Under the pieces are notes generated by a model. The model searched no databases and had not been told where the DNA came from. It saw only the letters and a program-made list of their open reading frames with translations. This document shows positions 37,530-48,879 of a stretch of DNA of 64,000 bases, piece by piece. Position numbers and translations under genes: made by a program. The stretch's first letter is position 1, and the number at the start of each line of letters is the position of its first letter. Origin of the DNA: Chloroflexota bacterium (GTDB lineage: Bacteria > Chloroflexota > UBA6077 > CF-72); NCBI GenBank assembly GCA_036506475.1, contig DASXRR010000329.1:388-64387 (forward strand), written 5' to 3'.

Positions 37530-38303
37530 GTGGATCTGGGCCTGACTGGAAAAGTCGGACTGGTGACTGGCGGAAGCCGGGGCATTGGTCGCGCGACGGC
37601 GCTGCGCCTGGCGCTCGAGGGAGTGGACGTCGCGATCTGCGGGCGCACCGCTGAGACCCTGCACTCGACGCTCTCCGAGCTGCGCGCAACGGGCGTTCGA
37701 GCCCATGGCGTAGTCACCGATGTGACATCCGCGGGCGAGGCGGAGCGTTTTGTCGACGACGCAGCCGCGGCGCTCGGCGGAGTCGATCTCGTGGTGGCCA
37801 ATGTCGGCGGCTCGTCGGGTCGGGGATTGCTTGAATCCACTCCAGAGGATTGGCTGCGCACCTTTGAGCTGAACCTGTTCCACGCCGTGCGATCGATTCG
37901 CGCAGCGGTGCCGCACATGCAGGCGCGCGGTGGTGGCAGCGCGGTGTCGATCGCATCGATCTCGGGCTGGAAGCCTGGCCCGACGGCACAGTACGGTGCA
38001 GCCAAAGCGGGCGAAATCTTTCTGGCTGGGGCTCTGGCGTGGGAGCTCGCGGCGTCGCGGATTCGCGTCAACACGGTGAGCCCTGGTTCGATCATGTTTG
38101 CGGGTGGCAGCTGGGCCCGATTTCGTGAGCGCGACGCGGACCGGTTTGGGGAGTTCGAACGACGCGAGTTTCCGTGGGGTCGACTGGGCACGGCTGAAGA
38201 AGTGGCAGACGTTGTGGCGTTCGTCTTGTCCGAGCGTGCGTCGTGGATCAACGGTGCGAATATCGCGGTGGATGGGGCGCAGGGCCGCCCCAGCGCATTC
38301 TGA
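37530..38303 (+). CDS. SDR family oxidoreductase
   Basis: TGGSRGIGRATA and YGAAKAG motifs. Confidence 0.9.
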   Translation: MDLGLTGKVGLVTGGSRGIGRATALRLALEGVDVAICGRTAETLHSTLSELRATGVRAHGVVTDVTSAGEAERFVDDAAAALGGVDLVVANVGGSSGRGLLESTPEDWLRTFELNLFHAVRSIRAAVPHMQARGGGSAVSIASISGWKPGPTAQYGAAKAGEIFLAGALAWELAASRIRVNTVSPGSIMFAGGSWARFRERDADRFGEFERREFPWGRLGTAEEVADVVAFVLSERASWINGANIAVDGAQGRPSAF

Positions 38304-38407
38304 CCGAGCTCGAACGATCAACAACTATGACAACGGCACGCGTGCCGAGGGCGAGGTGCTCACGCGCCGGCTGGCGCGTATGCCTCTGGTGAGCTCTAAC
38401 AACAGCA

Positions 38408-38435
38408 TTGTCAAATCTTTTGATAGTGTATGATG
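38408..38435 (+). promoter_or_regulatory. AT-rich sigma-70-like promoter candidate upstream of hsp20
   Basis: TTGTCA then tgTATGAT(G), spacing 15-16 nt depending on register, in a local AT-rich island ~80 nt before the hsp20 ATG. Contains the small palindrome TCAAA-tct-TTTGA. Confidence 0.3.
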
Positions 38436-38511
38436 TAGACGCACGGGCACGAAGGGTCGCCGAGGCATGCGCCATAAGGCTTTGCCCAGCCCTGCAAGAA
38501 AGTTGGACGCC

Positions 38512-38994
38512 ATGTCCATTGAACTCGGGCGCTCGCGCGCCTACGCACACCTGCTCCACCACATCGTGGACGGGTCCTACGAGCGATCGTTTGCACCGTT
38601 TGCGCCTTCCAGCGCAGCGGACGGCGGCAGCGCTGGTTTCCAGTCCCTGCCCGTGAATGTCTGGGAAACAGAAGACACCTACGTGGCCGCGCTGCTGGCG
38701 CCCGGTCTCGATGAACAGACGCTCAATGTCACGGTCCATGAGAACACGCTGGCGATCGAAGGTGCGCTGCGGGTCCAGGCGCCTGAGGGCGCCAGGGCCG
38801 TCTGGCACGAGTTCGATCAAGGCCCGACCAGGTTCCGACGCGCCCTGCAGCTGGGCACGTCTGTTGACGCGTCCAAGGTAGAAGCGCTCTTCAGCAATGG
38901 GCTGCTCATGGTCACTATGGCCAAAGCCGAACGCGCCAAGCCGCGACAGATCCAGGTGCAGGGGTTAGCGACCCTGGCCGCCCTGGAGGAGTAG
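38512..38994 (+). CDS. Hsp20/alpha-crystallin family small heat-shock protein
   Basis: …PVNVWETEDTYVAALLAPGLDEQTLNVTVHENTLAIEG…FRRALQLGTSVDASKVEALFSNGLLMVTMAK…. Confidence 0.85.
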   Translation: MSIELGRSRAYAHLLHHIVDGSYERSFAPFAPSSAADGGSAGFQSLPVNVWETEDTYVAALLAPGLDEQTLNVTVHENTLAIEGALRVQAPEGARAVWHEFDQGPTRFRRALQLGTSVDASKVEALFSNGLLMVTMAKAERAKPRQIQVQGLATLAALEE

Positions 38995-39021
38995 GTCCGC
39001 GCGCACTAGGCCAAGCACCAG

Positions 39022-39046
39022 GCGGCGCCTCAGGATGGGGCGCCGC
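39022..39046 (+). terminator. GC hairpin after hsp20 (8-bp stem)
   Basis: GCGGCGCC-tcaggatgg-GGCGCCGC, 28 nt after the stop. No U-tract. Lies immediately before the sigma-factor SD. Confidence 0.35.
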
Positions 39047-39073
39047 GCTGAGGAACGGGAGGAGAGGTGAGCC

Positions 39074-40057
39074 ATGCGAGCGCGCGCGGACTTTCATACA
39101 CCGGGCAACGCCACAGACGACACGTCACCGGAGGCCTATTTTCGCGAGATTGTGCTTCACGAATTGCTTACGGCGCAGGAGGAAGTCGCGCTCGCACAGC
39201 ATCGAGACGCGGGCAGAGCGGCGACCGCTCAACTGACGGCATCGACCACGACGCTCAGCGAACAGGAGTGCAGCCGGCTCGAGCAGCTTGTCGATATGGG
39301 CTGCCAGGCGCAGCGGCGCCTGATTGAATGCAACCTGCGCCTCGTGGTGTCAGTGGCGCGGAACTATCTCGGGCGCGGGCTTGCACTGCTTGATCTGGTC
39401 CAGGAAGGCAACCTGGGGCTGCAGATCGGTATTGACAAATTCGACTGGAGGCGCGGATTCCGGGTCAGCACATACGTGCATTGGTGGATCCGCCAGAGCG
39501 TGATGCGCGCACTCAACCGGCACTCGCGCGCAGTCCGCCTCCCGACTCATGTGGTCGCGTTCCTGACCGATGCCAAGCGAGCGGAAGGTGCGCTCACGGC
39601 TGAGCTCGGGCGGCAGCCGACGGACGATGAGCTTGCCCAGACGCTACGCGTCAACGTAGTTCAACTGAGCGCTGCGCGACGAATGGCACGCTCGCCGTTA
39701 CCGCTCGATTCGCCCACGCGAATCGGCGGGGACGATCAGCGCACCCTCGGCGAGTCGCTACCAGACGAGGCGGCTGAGCAGGCCGGCTCGAGGGCGGCTG
39801 AAAGCGCCGATTTATCCGCGAGGTTACAGCGCGTCTTGACCGAGCTCACTCCTCGCGAACGCGAGGTGCTTCAACTCCGGTTCGGACTTGACGGGCTCAC
39901 CGAGCGGACTCTGTTGGAGGTCGGCATCGAGTTGGGGCTTAGCCGCGAGCGCGTCCGCCAGATCGAAGCGACCGCCCTCTCCAGGCTGCGGAGCATGCCG
40001 GGCGTGCGGCGGGGCCTGGCCGAGTACATATACGACGTGGCGCGCGACGCAGCCTGA
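39074..40057 (+). CDS. RNA polymerase sigma-70 family factor (regions 1.2-4, RpoD-like alternative sigma)
   Basis: SD GGGAGGAGAGG. …NLRLVVSVARNY…LDLVQEGNLGLQIGIDKFDWRRGFRVSTYVHWWIRQSV… and region 4 …LEVGIELGLSRERVRQIEATAL…. Confidence 0.9.
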   Translation: MRARADFHTPGNATDDTSPEAYFREIVLHELLTAQEEVALAQHRDAGRAATAQLTASTTTLSEQECSRLEQLVDMGCQAQRRLIECNLRLVVSVARNYLGRGLALLDLVQEGNLGLQIGIDKFDWRRGFRVSTYVHWWIRQSVMRALNRHSRAVRLPTHVVAFLTDAKRAEGALTAELGRQPTDDELAQTLRVNVVQLSAARRMARSPLPLDSPTRIGGDDQRTLGESLPDEAAEQAGSRAAESADLSARLQRVLTELTPREREVLQLRFGLDGLTERTLLEVGIELGLSRERVRQIEATALSRLRSMPGVRRGLAEYIYDVARDAA

Positions 40058-40206
40058 CTCAACTCAACGCGTTGCGCGAGCGCGAGTCGCCTCGCCCACC
40101 GTGCTCCACGCGACGCCGAGTCGGAGCCAGATGGTGTATCGTGGCCCCACTTTGCCCGCACCAAGGACGCTCAGGAATGGTCAGACCATCGTAGCAGGAG
40201 GTGGGC

Positions 40207-41469
40207 ATGAACGAGTCGACAGAGGCGATCAAGATTGGTCGTCGGGATTTGTTTCCACTTGTTGGCGCGGCGGCTCTGGCGGCGTTCGTTGCGCCGGCCG
40301 TTGTCCACGCGGATAACGACGCAGAGGACGACGAAAGGGACGACGGCCAGCGAGCGCCGTCACGCTACGTCTACGTCGGAACCTACACGGCGCCGCACAC
40401 CGCGCCCGGCGGCGTCCAGCCGAGCACCGCCAGAGGTATCTACGCCTTCAAGATGGACGGCCGCACCGGCGCGCTCAGCCTGATTCAGGTGTTCGAGATC
40501 GAAAACCCGTCGTGGGTCGCCACCGACGCCAGCATGAGCCATCTGTACGCCACGAGCGAGGTGTCGACCTGGAAAGGGGCCAGCAATACGGGCGGCATCA
40601 CCGCCTTCGCGATCGATCCCGCAACGGGCAAGCTCACGTCGCTTGGCGACCAGCCGACACAAGGCGCGATTCCGGCCCATGTGATCGTCGACCCGACGGG
40701 CAAATTCGCGCTCGTGGCGAACTACATCGGCGCGAACTGGAGCGTGCTGCCTATCCAGGCCAATGGCTCGCTCGGCCCGGCCACCGGCGTCTTCGCGGTG
40801 ACCGGTCACGGTCCGAACACGGCGCGCCAGGAGGCGCCGCATCCGCACGACACAAAGTTCGATCCGGCTGGCGCATTCGTCTTCGGACCCGACCTCGGCA
40901 CGGACAACGTTTGGTCGTGGACGCTCAATACGAGCACCGGGATGCTTGTCGCGAACACCAATCTGGATCATGCGCAGGTCGCGTCCGGCTCCGGCCCGCG
41001 GCATATGTCGTTCCATCCAACTGGCAAGTTCGTGTACGTCATCGACGAGATGGTGTCGTCGATCACCGCCTTCAGCTACGACGCGGCGCGCGGGACGTTC
41101 ACCTGGCTGCAGACGGTCTCGACGTTGCCTGCCGGATTCACTGGCACCAGCAGCACGGCGGAAATCATCGTTCACCAGAGCGGCAAGTTCGTGTACGGCT
41201 CCAATCGCGGGCACAACAGCATCGTTGGCTTCCGCATCGACCAGGCCACGGGCAAGTTGACGACGATCGGCTGGACGTCGACGCAGGGGGCGATCCCGCG
41301 CGGCTTCAACATCGATCCGTCGGGCAGGTTGATGCTCGTCGGCAACCAGAACTCCGATACCGTGGTGCCGTTCCGAATCAACCAGAATTCGGGCCGGCTG
41401 CATCCGACCGGCGCGGTGACCAGGACGCCTGTGCCCGTGAGCTTCGCCTTCGGCCGCACATTCAGTTGA
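40207..41469 (+). CDS. Seven-bladed beta-propeller lactonase (Pgl/Lactonase family) with Tat-like signal
   Basis: AGGAGG lies 6 nt before the ATG at 40207. …RRDLFPLVGAAALAAFVAPAVVHA… and repeated …GSGPRHMSFHPTGKFVYVIDEM…. Confidence 0.85.
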   Translation: MNESTEAIKIGRRDLFPLVGAAALAAFVAPAVVHADNDAEDDERDDGQRAPSRYVYVGTYTAPHTAPGGVQPSTARGIYAFKMDGRTGALSLIQVFEIENPSWVATDASMSHLYATSEVSTWKGASNTGGITAFAIDPATGKLTSLGDQPTQGAIPAHVIVDPTGKFALVANYIGANWSVLPIQANGSLGPATGVFAVTGHGPNTARQEAPHPHDTKFDPAGAFVFGPDLGTDNVWSWTLNTSTGMLVANTNLDHAQVASGSGPRHMSFHPTGKFVYVIDEMVSSITAFSYDAARGTFTWLQTVSTLPAGFTGTSSTAEIIVHQSGKFVYGSNRGHNSIVGFRIDQATGKLTTIGWTSTQGAIPRGFNIDPSGRLMLVGNQNSDTVVPFRINQNSGRLHPTGAVTRTPVPVSFAFGRTFS

Positions 41470-41506
41470 GCGCGTCGCATTCGGCGGTGAGTGGTAACGT
41501 CGCCGT

Positions 41507-42451
41507 GTGAGGCGGGCCGAGCACATCGCACTGCCATCCGAGCCAGTGGCGCGGCCGGCGTGGCATCTGGGCGACCTGTCAGAGTCGGGTCATTGGGCGT
41601 ACTACCTGCTGCTACCCAGCCTGGTGCTCGTCGCGATGGTCGCGATTTACCCGGTTGCCTCGGGCGTCTGGCTCAGCTTCCAACGCTACAACTTGCTGCG
41701 CGCACCCGTGCCGAGCTTCGTAGGCCTCGCCCAGTACGCCGACCTATGGACGGATTCCGTGTTCTGGACGGCGGCTCGAAACACGGTCGTATGGGTCGCC
41801 GTCGGGGCAGGCTCGCAGTTCCTGCTGGGTCTGATTGTTGCGCTGGCCTTGAACCGTCCGCGTCTGCGTGGGATCGGCCTGCTCCGCATCGGCCTGCTGC
41901 TGCCGTGGCTCATGCCGACCGTGGTCGCTGGGCACATGTGGAGCTTGCTGCTCGACTCGCGCCTGGGCGTGGTCAACGATGTGCTGGTTCGACTCGGCGT
42001 GCTGCAGACCTATGTAGCCTGGTTTGCCCAAGCAGAGACGGCGATGGCCGGCGTCCTGGTCGTGGACCTGTGGAAGAACTTTCCGTTCTTCACGTTGCTG
42101 CTGCTGGCCGGCTTACAGGGTGTGCCGGACGAACTGTACGAAGCAGCGGAAGTCGACGGTGCCAACGCGTGGTATCGCTTCTGGCGCATCACGTTGCCAC
42201 TGCTGACGCCGGTGATCGTGGCGTCGGTGATCCTGCGCGTCATCGGCCTGGTGAATGCGCCCGACTTGATGATCATCCTGACCCACGGCGGGCCCGGACT
42301 GGCCACCCATGTGCTGTCATTGCTGGCGTTCAACGATGCCTATACAGGCTTCAATTTCGGCGCGGCCGCGGCGGTCGCAACGGTCATGCTGGTGGTCTTG
42401 ATGGCGTTCACGTCGGCGTATGTGCGCGTGTCGGGCGTGACCCGTGAGTAA
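41507..42451 (+). CDS. Carbohydrate ABC transporter permease (MalF-like)
   Basis: …LYEAAEVDGANAWYRFWRITLPL…. Start (GTG 41507) uncertain. Confidence 0.85.
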   Translation: MRRAEHIALPSEPVARPAWHLGDLSESGHWAYYLLLPSLVLVAMVAIYPVASGVWLSFQRYNLLRAPVPSFVGLAQYADLWTDSVFWTAARNTVVWVAVGAGSQFLLGLIVALALNRPRLRGIGLLRIGLLLPWLMPTVVAGHMWSLLLDSRLGVVNDVLVRLGVLQTYVAWFAQAETAMAGVLVVDLWKNFPFFTLLLLAGLQGVPDELYEAAEVDGANAWYRFWRITLPLLTPVIVASVILRVIGLVNAPDLMIILTHGGPGLATHVLSLLAFNDAYTGFNFGAAAAVATVMLVVLMAFTSAYVRVSGVTRE

Positions 42452-42454
42452 GTC

Positions 42455-43300
42455 ATGATTCGCTCGCGTCGCCAGACCCAGCGGCTCTACGACGTGCTCT
42501 CATACGGCGTGTTGATTGGTGCGTTCACATTCGCCGTCTTCCCGATCGTGTGGACCGCGCTCACATCGCTGAAAGCAAACGCCGACATCGTGACCGCCGA
42601 CATCCAGTACATCCCTCTCCGTCCGACGTTCCAGAACTACGCCACGCTGTGGGCGCAGGCCGGCTTTCCGGTCATGTTTCTGAACAGCGCCATCGTAACG
42701 GCGCTCACGGTGCTCGTGTGCCTGGCAGTTGGCATCACCGGCGCGTACAGTCTGTCGCGCTACCGCTTCCGAGCGCGCGGCCAACTCCTGCTCTTCTATC
42801 TCGTGATCCGCATGTTTCCAGCGGTGCTGCTGTTGTTGCCGATCTTCATCGCGCTGCGTGTGCTGGGCTTATACGACACCCACCTCGGACTGACGCTGGC
42901 GTATACCGCGTTTCTGACCCCGGTCAGTATCTGGATTCTGAAAGGATTCTTCGACACTATCCCACCGGAGTTGGAGGACGCGGCGCGCATAGATGGCTGC
43001 ACGCGCGCCGGCGCTATTCTCCGAGTCGTGTTGCCGCTGGCACGGCCGGGCGTCGCGGCGACGGCGGTGCTGATCGCCATTTCGGCGTGGAACGAGTTCT
43101 TGTTCGCGCTGATGCTCACCACGAGCCAGGGGATTCGGACCTGGCCGGTCGGGTTGCAGTTGATGGTCGGCGAATATCAACTGCCGTGGGGTCTGCTGAC
43201 GGCTGGCGGCGTCATCAGCATTGCGCCGATTCTGTTGTTCTTTGCGCTCGTCCAGCGCGCACTCGTGCGCGGCCTCACGCTGGGCGCCGTGAAAGGCTAA
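42455..43300 (+). CDS. Carbohydrate ABC transporter permease (MalG-like)
   Basis: …LEDAARIDGCTRAGAILRVVLPL…. Confidence 0.9.
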   Translation: MIRSRRQTQRLYDVLSYGVLIGAFTFAVFPIVWTALTSLKANADIVTADIQYIPLRPTFQNYATLWAQAGFPVMFLNSAIVTALTVLVCLAVGITGAYSLSRYRFRARGQLLLFYLVIRMFPAVLLLLPIFIALRVLGLYDTHLGLTLAYTAFLTPVSIWILKGFFDTIPPELEDAARIDGCTRAGAILRVVLPLARPGVAATAVLIAISAWNEFLFALMLTTSQGIRTWPVGLQLMVGEYQLPWGLLTAGGVISIAPILLFFALVQRALVRGLTLGAVKG

Positions 43301-43324
43301 AAGTTGTCAATAGGGAGGGACGTC

Positions 43325-44635
43325 ATGCATAGACGCGATTTTCTCAGAGCGACGGCGCTTACTGGCAGTGGGCTATTACTCGTGGCGTGCGCGCCGCAGG
43401 CTGTGGCGCCACCTGGTGTCTCCCAATCGAGCGCGCCTACTCCAGCGGCAGTCAAGCCTGCGGCGCTCACGGGCACGGTCAGCTACTGGCATACCTTCAC
43501 CAGCCAGAGCGAGATGGACGGGCTGACCAAGGTAACCAAGGCCTTCAAGGACAAGTATCCGAACGTCACCGTCAACAGCGAGAATGTGCCCAACTCCGAT
43601 TTCATGGCCAAGTTCACGCTCGCGGTCCAGGGCGGCGGCAAGCCCGAAACCACGATGATTTCGAGCGTTCGCCTGCCGGATATGGCCGCCATGGGTGGTT
43701 TGATCGACCTGACCTCGCGCGTGGCATCGTGGGATCAGCGTCAGTATCTGCCGGACGAACGCTTCAAGGACGCCACGATCAACGGCAAGATTTACGGCGT
43801 CCCCAGCTTTGCCTTCGTCAACTGGATGTATTACCGCGCCGATTGGTTCAAAGAGGCCGGACTGGCGCCGCCCAAGACCTTCGACGAGTTCCAGAACGCC
43901 GCGATCAAGCTGACCGATCCATCGAAGAACCGCTTTGGCTTTGGCATGCGCGGCGCCGGCGGCGGCGAGGGCATGCTGATCGAGGTCATCCGTTCGTTCG
44001 GCTCACCAATCGTGGATGACAAGGGCCAGCCAGCGATGGACCCTCAGAAGGCGACCGACGCACTGCGCTGGTTCAGCGAGCTGTTCACGAAACACAAGGC
44101 GGTGCCGCCGAGCGTCACCAATGACAGCTTCCAGCAGATCATGACCGGCTTTACGACCGGTCAAACTGCCATGCTGTGGCACCACACCGGATCGCTCATC
44201 GACGTCAGTACCGCCCTCGGCGCGGACTCCGGTAAGTTCGGCACGCTGGCGCGACCGGCCGGTCCGGCGGCGCATATTGCCGATGTCAGCTATTCGTACA
44301 ACGGCATGAGCGACCCGAAGAACGTGGACGCGGACTGGGCGTGGCTAGACCACTGGGCGCAGCCGGACACGCAGATCACGTTCCTCGAATCGACCGGCTA
44401 CTTCCCATCTTCGACCAAAGTCGTCGAAGACGCGCGGGTGCAGAAGAATCCGTACTACGCCGCGGCCATTGACACGCTCAAGTTCGGCGGTCCAGCCCCG
44501 GCCTTCGCGGGCTCCTCGAACTGGGGGCTGACCGTCGTGCTGCCAAACTTCCAGCGCGTGCTGCTGGGCGAGATCAAGCCCGAGGAGGCGATCGACAACA
44601 TGATGAAGGGCCTCGACAAAGCGGTGAAAGGCTGA
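43325..44635 (+). CDS. ABC transporter substrate-binding lipoprotein (CUT1 family), Tat-type signal
   Basis: GGGAGGG lies 5 nt before the ATG at 43325. MHRRDFLRATALTGSGLLLVAC. Unusual gene order permease-permease-SBP. Confidence 0.9.
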   Translation: MHRRDFLRATALTGSGLLLVACAPQAVAPPGVSQSSAPTPAAVKPAALTGTVSYWHTFTSQSEMDGLTKVTKAFKDKYPNVTVNSENVPNSDFMAKFTLAVQGGGKPETTMISSVRLPDMAAMGGLIDLTSRVASWDQRQYLPDERFKDATINGKIYGVPSFAFVNWMYYRADWFKEAGLAPPKTFDEFQNAAIKLTDPSKNRFGFGMRGAGGGEGMLIEVIRSFGSPIVDDKGQPAMDPQKATDALRWFSELFTKHKAVPPSVTNDSFQQIMTGFTTGQTAMLWHHTGSLIDVSTALGADSGKFGTLARPAGPAAHIADVSYSYNGMSDPKNVDADWAWLDHWAQPDTQITFLESTGYFPSSTKVVEDARVQKNPYYAAAIDTLKFGGPAPAFAGSSNWGLTVVLPNFQRVLLGEIKPEEAIDNMMKGLDKAVKG

Positions 44636-45444
<809 letters not shown>

Positions 45445-45448
<4 letters not shown>

Positions 45449-46311
45449 GATTGCGTCTGGGTGTGGCCGGCGGACCGCTGCCGCGCCTCCCCTCGGACTT
45501 TGACGCCGCACTGGCTCGCCAACTTTCCGACCTGGGCGTGCGTGTCCTGACGACGCACTTCCAGCCCTCGCCTGAGGCTGTAGCCGTCGAGGCGGCTCGC
45601 GTGCGCGCTGTGTTGGCCGAGCATGGCCTGTCGATCGTGCAGGCGACCGGCTACAACCCGCAGTTGACTCATCCCGACAACGCCGTCTTGTCGTCCGAGC
45701 TCGATCGACTCCGTGCCGCCTTCGAGACGGCGAAACTACTCGGCGCGGAGATGATCATCAGTGGCTGTGGCTCGCGGCATGCCAGTGCCTTCTATGGTCC
45801 GCACCCGGACAATCATGCGCCCGCCACGCGTGAGCGCCTGATTGACAGCTTGCGCCGCGTTGTCCCGTGGGCTGAGGAGGCCGGCGTCATCTTGGCTCTG
45901 GAGTGCCATGTCACGACCGCGCTCGACACTCCGGAGCATATCCGTGAGGTCATTCTGGCGGTGGACTCACCCTGGGTGCGCGCCAACTTCGACCCGGTCA
46001 ACCTGCTCGGCGACTTCGCCAGGGTCTGGGACAACGCGGCGATGATGCGCCACATGTGGCGCACTCTGGGCGCGTGCTATACGAAGTCGGCGCACATTAA
46101 GGACGTTCGAGCGGATCCGGAGCTGGTGGTGCACATCTCCGAGGCGCCACCCGGCCAGGGCCTGCTCGATCTGGACGCATTCTTCGAGGTAGTCAGCGCT
46201 TTAGGCGAAGATACCGCGGTGATCGTCGAACACCTGCCCGCCGATCAAGCGCTGGCCGCTATCGCGTACGTGAAGCAGGCGGCCGAGCAGCGCGCCTTCA
46301 CGTTCAGTTGA
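45445..46311 (+). CDS. Sugar phosphate isomerase/epimerase (xylose-isomerase-like TIM barrel)
   Basis: AP_endonuc_2-like pattern …ILALECH… …NFDPVNL…. 4-nt overlap with the SDR gene. Confidence 0.8.
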
Positions 46312-48718
46312 GTGCACGCGGTGGCGGGACGATCGACCGCGCGTATTCGAATGCCTCATCCAGGCTCAGTGTGGATCCCGCGGTCCAGGCGCGATTGAGG
46401 GTCTCGGCCGCGATGGTGTCACGCACGCCGGCCAAAGCCTTGTCGTAGAAGAATCGCGTCACCACGTCGTCTCGGCTTCCGAACTGGGCGAAGAGCCGGT
46501 CGCGGGCGCCGAGTAGCCGGGCTGCAGCTTCTGGGTTCCCATGCGCGAGAGCGAGCACGGCCAGATCGCCCAGGATCACCAGCTTCGACTGAACCGATCG
46601 GTGCTGCTGCGCCAGATCCCAGGCTTCGTAAAACAAGCGCGCGGCGCGCCCGACATCGCCCTCGAGCAATGCCAGGTGACCCAGGCCCTGGAGTGGCGGC
46701 GGATCGGGAAAACCGAGTCGGGCGATTTCCTCCCACTGATTTCGCGCTAGCGTGTACTCGCCCGACAGATAGCTCAGCAGGCCCGATGGCCACAGTGCGA
46801 CCGCGATGGGCATCGGGTCGCCGGCGTCACGGCAGATCGCGAGCTGTTCGGCGAGCAAGCGCCGTGCGGCGGGCAGATTTCCCTCGGACAGCTCGATTCG
46901 CCCCAGATGGTCCAGGCAGAAGGCGGCTGCCATCCGCTCGTCAATCGCGCGGGCACTGCTGAGACCTGCCTCGAGGCGCTGCCGCGCAGCGTCGAGGTCG
47001 GCGTCCGCGTACGCCAGGAAACCAGCCGTGCAGTAGGCCGCGACGCGAGCAGCGGAGTCCGGTTGGCCCGCCAAACCAAGCAGCTGCTCAGCCAATGCCC
47101 GGCCTTCACTCAGTGGCCCACACCGGTGCCAGAACTGGAACTGCTTCTGTACCAGCCAGCCGCCAGTATCCAGATCACCCGTTTGGATGCACCAGGCGAC
47201 CGCCTCGCGCAGGTTCGCCCGCTCTTCCTCCACCTCGACCCAGGACGAGATGTAGCCCGACAACACCGGTAGCCGCATGAAATTCGTGGGCTGGCCGCCG
47301 CTTAGCCACTCCAGGTAGTAGCGCGCATGTGCGTGACGCGTCGGCCGTTCGTCGGCGCTGTCGGCCAGCTTCTCGCGAGCAAACTCGCGCAGCGTTTCGA
47401 GCATCGCATAGCGCGTGTGACGACCGACCGTCTGCTGGTACAGCAAGCTCTTACTCAGCAGACTTTCGATCCCATCCAGCACATCAAGGCCGAACTCGCC
47501 AACGGTCGCTTCCGCGGCGCCGAGCGTAAATCCGCCGGCGAAGACCGCTAAGCGTCTGAAGAGCACCTGTTCCTCGGGGTGCAGCAGGTCGTGGCTCCAG
47601 GCGATGGTCGCGCGCAGCGTCTGCTGGCGCCAGGGGAGATCGCGGGCTCCTCCAGTGAGGGCGCGTAGCGGCTGCTCCAGGTGTCGCACGAGGGCATCGG
47701 GCGCCAGTACGCGCACACGTGCGGCGGCGAGCTCGAGCGCGAGCGGCAATCCGTCCAGGCGCTGACAGATCGCAGCAATTGCTGGCGCGTTGTCGGTGGT
47801 GAACAGGAAATCGGGCTGTACTGCCTGAGCCCGATCGAGAAAGAGCTGAATGGCGTCGTACTCAGCCAGTTTGCCCAGATCGCGGATGTCTGACGCGGGA
47901 ATATCCAACGGCTTGACCGGGTATTCGCGTTCTCCATACAGCCGCAACGCGACCCGACTTGTCACGACCACCTTCAGTGTGGGGCAGTCCGCGAGCAGAT
48001 CCGGGGTCGCCAGAGCAGCCTCAATCACATGCTCGAAGTTGTCGAGGATGAGCAGCGTGGGCCGCTCGCACAAGTGACGCGCGAGCGTGCCTAGTAGCGC
48101 CTGGCCCGATCGCTCCTGAAGCCCGAGCACCTGAGCAATGGCTGGCAGCACCTGCGCCGGCTCGGTGATCGCCGCCAGCGCGACAAACACGAGCCGTTCG
48201 TCGAGCTCGGCTCGTCGTTGCTCGGCAACGTGCAGCGCCAGGCGCGTCTTGCCGACCCCGCCGGGTCCGGTCAGCGTGAGCAGGCGGACTCCCTGGCGGT
48301 CCAACAGTCGCTGCAGCTCCGCCACCTCACGTTGGCGACCGATGAACGGCGTCAGGTGGAGCGGCAGGTCGCGGTGTGCAGGACCAGGCCGCTGAACGAC
48401 TCCATGCTCCCCGGCAACCAGCGAACCGCGCTCGGTCGGCGAGCTTCGGTGCGCCAGGCGTGCCTCGGTCACCGCGGAGCGAAGCCAATCGGCGGTGACG
48501 GTAAGCCCGGACAGGGCACCTTCTCGGTACTCACGGAGCAATCCGAGCTCGTGGCACAGTCGTATCAGCGACTCGGTCGCGTCAGCGTCGGGCGGCAGCT
48601 CGCCGTGTTCCCAGTGCTGGATCGTCCGGCGGCCATAACCAAGTCGAGCCGCCCAGCCGTCCTGGCTCACGCCCGCGGCCTCGCGCAATGCGCGGACCAC
48701 GGCGCTCAATCCCGGCAC
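46304..48718 (-). CDS. XRE-HTH / NB-ARC-type ATPase / TPR protein (STAND; no LuxR domain)
   Basis: N-terminal …AAGVSQDGWAARLGYGRRTIQHWEHG…, Walker A GPGGVGKTR, long TPR-like C-terminus. Paralogous over the ATPase core to 30933-33464. Confidence 0.9.
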   Translation of the reverse strand: MPGLSAVVRALREAAGVSQDGWAARLGYGRRTIQHWEHGELPPDADATESLIRLCHELGLLREYREGALSGLTVTADWLRSAVTEARLAHRSSPTERGSLVAGEHGVVQRPGPAHRDLPLHLTPFIGRQREVAELQRLLDRQGVRLLTLTGPGGVGKTRLALHVAEQRRAELDERLVFVALAAITEPAQVLPAIAQVLGLQERSGQALLGTLARHLCERPTLLILDNFEHVIEAALATPDLLADCPTLKVVVTSRVALRLYGEREYPVKPLDIPASDIRDLGKLAEYDAIQLFLDRAQAVQPDFLFTTDNAPAIAAICQRLDGLPLALELAAARVRVLAPDALVRHLEQPLRALTGGARDLPWRQQTLRATIAWSHDLLHPEEQVLFRRLAVFAGGFTLGAAEATVGEFGLDVLDGIESLLSKSLLYQQTVGRHTRYAMLETLREFAREKLADSADERPTRHAHARYYLEWLSGGQPTNFMRLPVLSGYISSWVEVEEERANLREAVAWCIQTGDLDTGGWLVQKQFQFWHRCGPLSEGRALAEQLLGLAGQPDSAARVAAYCTAGFLAYADADLDAARQRLEAGLSSARAIDERMAAAFCLDHLGRIELSEGNLPAARRLLAEQLAICRDAGDPMPIAVALWPSGLLSYLSGEYTLARNQWEEIARLGFPDPPPLQGLGHLALLEGDVGRAARLFYEAWDLAQQHRSVQSKLVILGDLAVLALAHGNPEAAARLLGARDRLFAQFGSRDDVVTRFFYDKALAGVRDTIAAETLNRAWTAGSTLSLDEAFEYARSIVPPPRALN

Positions 48719-48879
48719 GGGTCTCGATGGCTCACCTGCGCAGGTTCAGACTTGCGATCACCGGCGCATCCGTTGCGCACTGCCCCTCTTGTAGCAGGTC
48801 AACGATTGAGGCTGTCTACAGCTTTCGCTTGACGGAAGCGATCGTCTCTAACTCGCCGGGATCTCGGAGTTGGCGGAAG

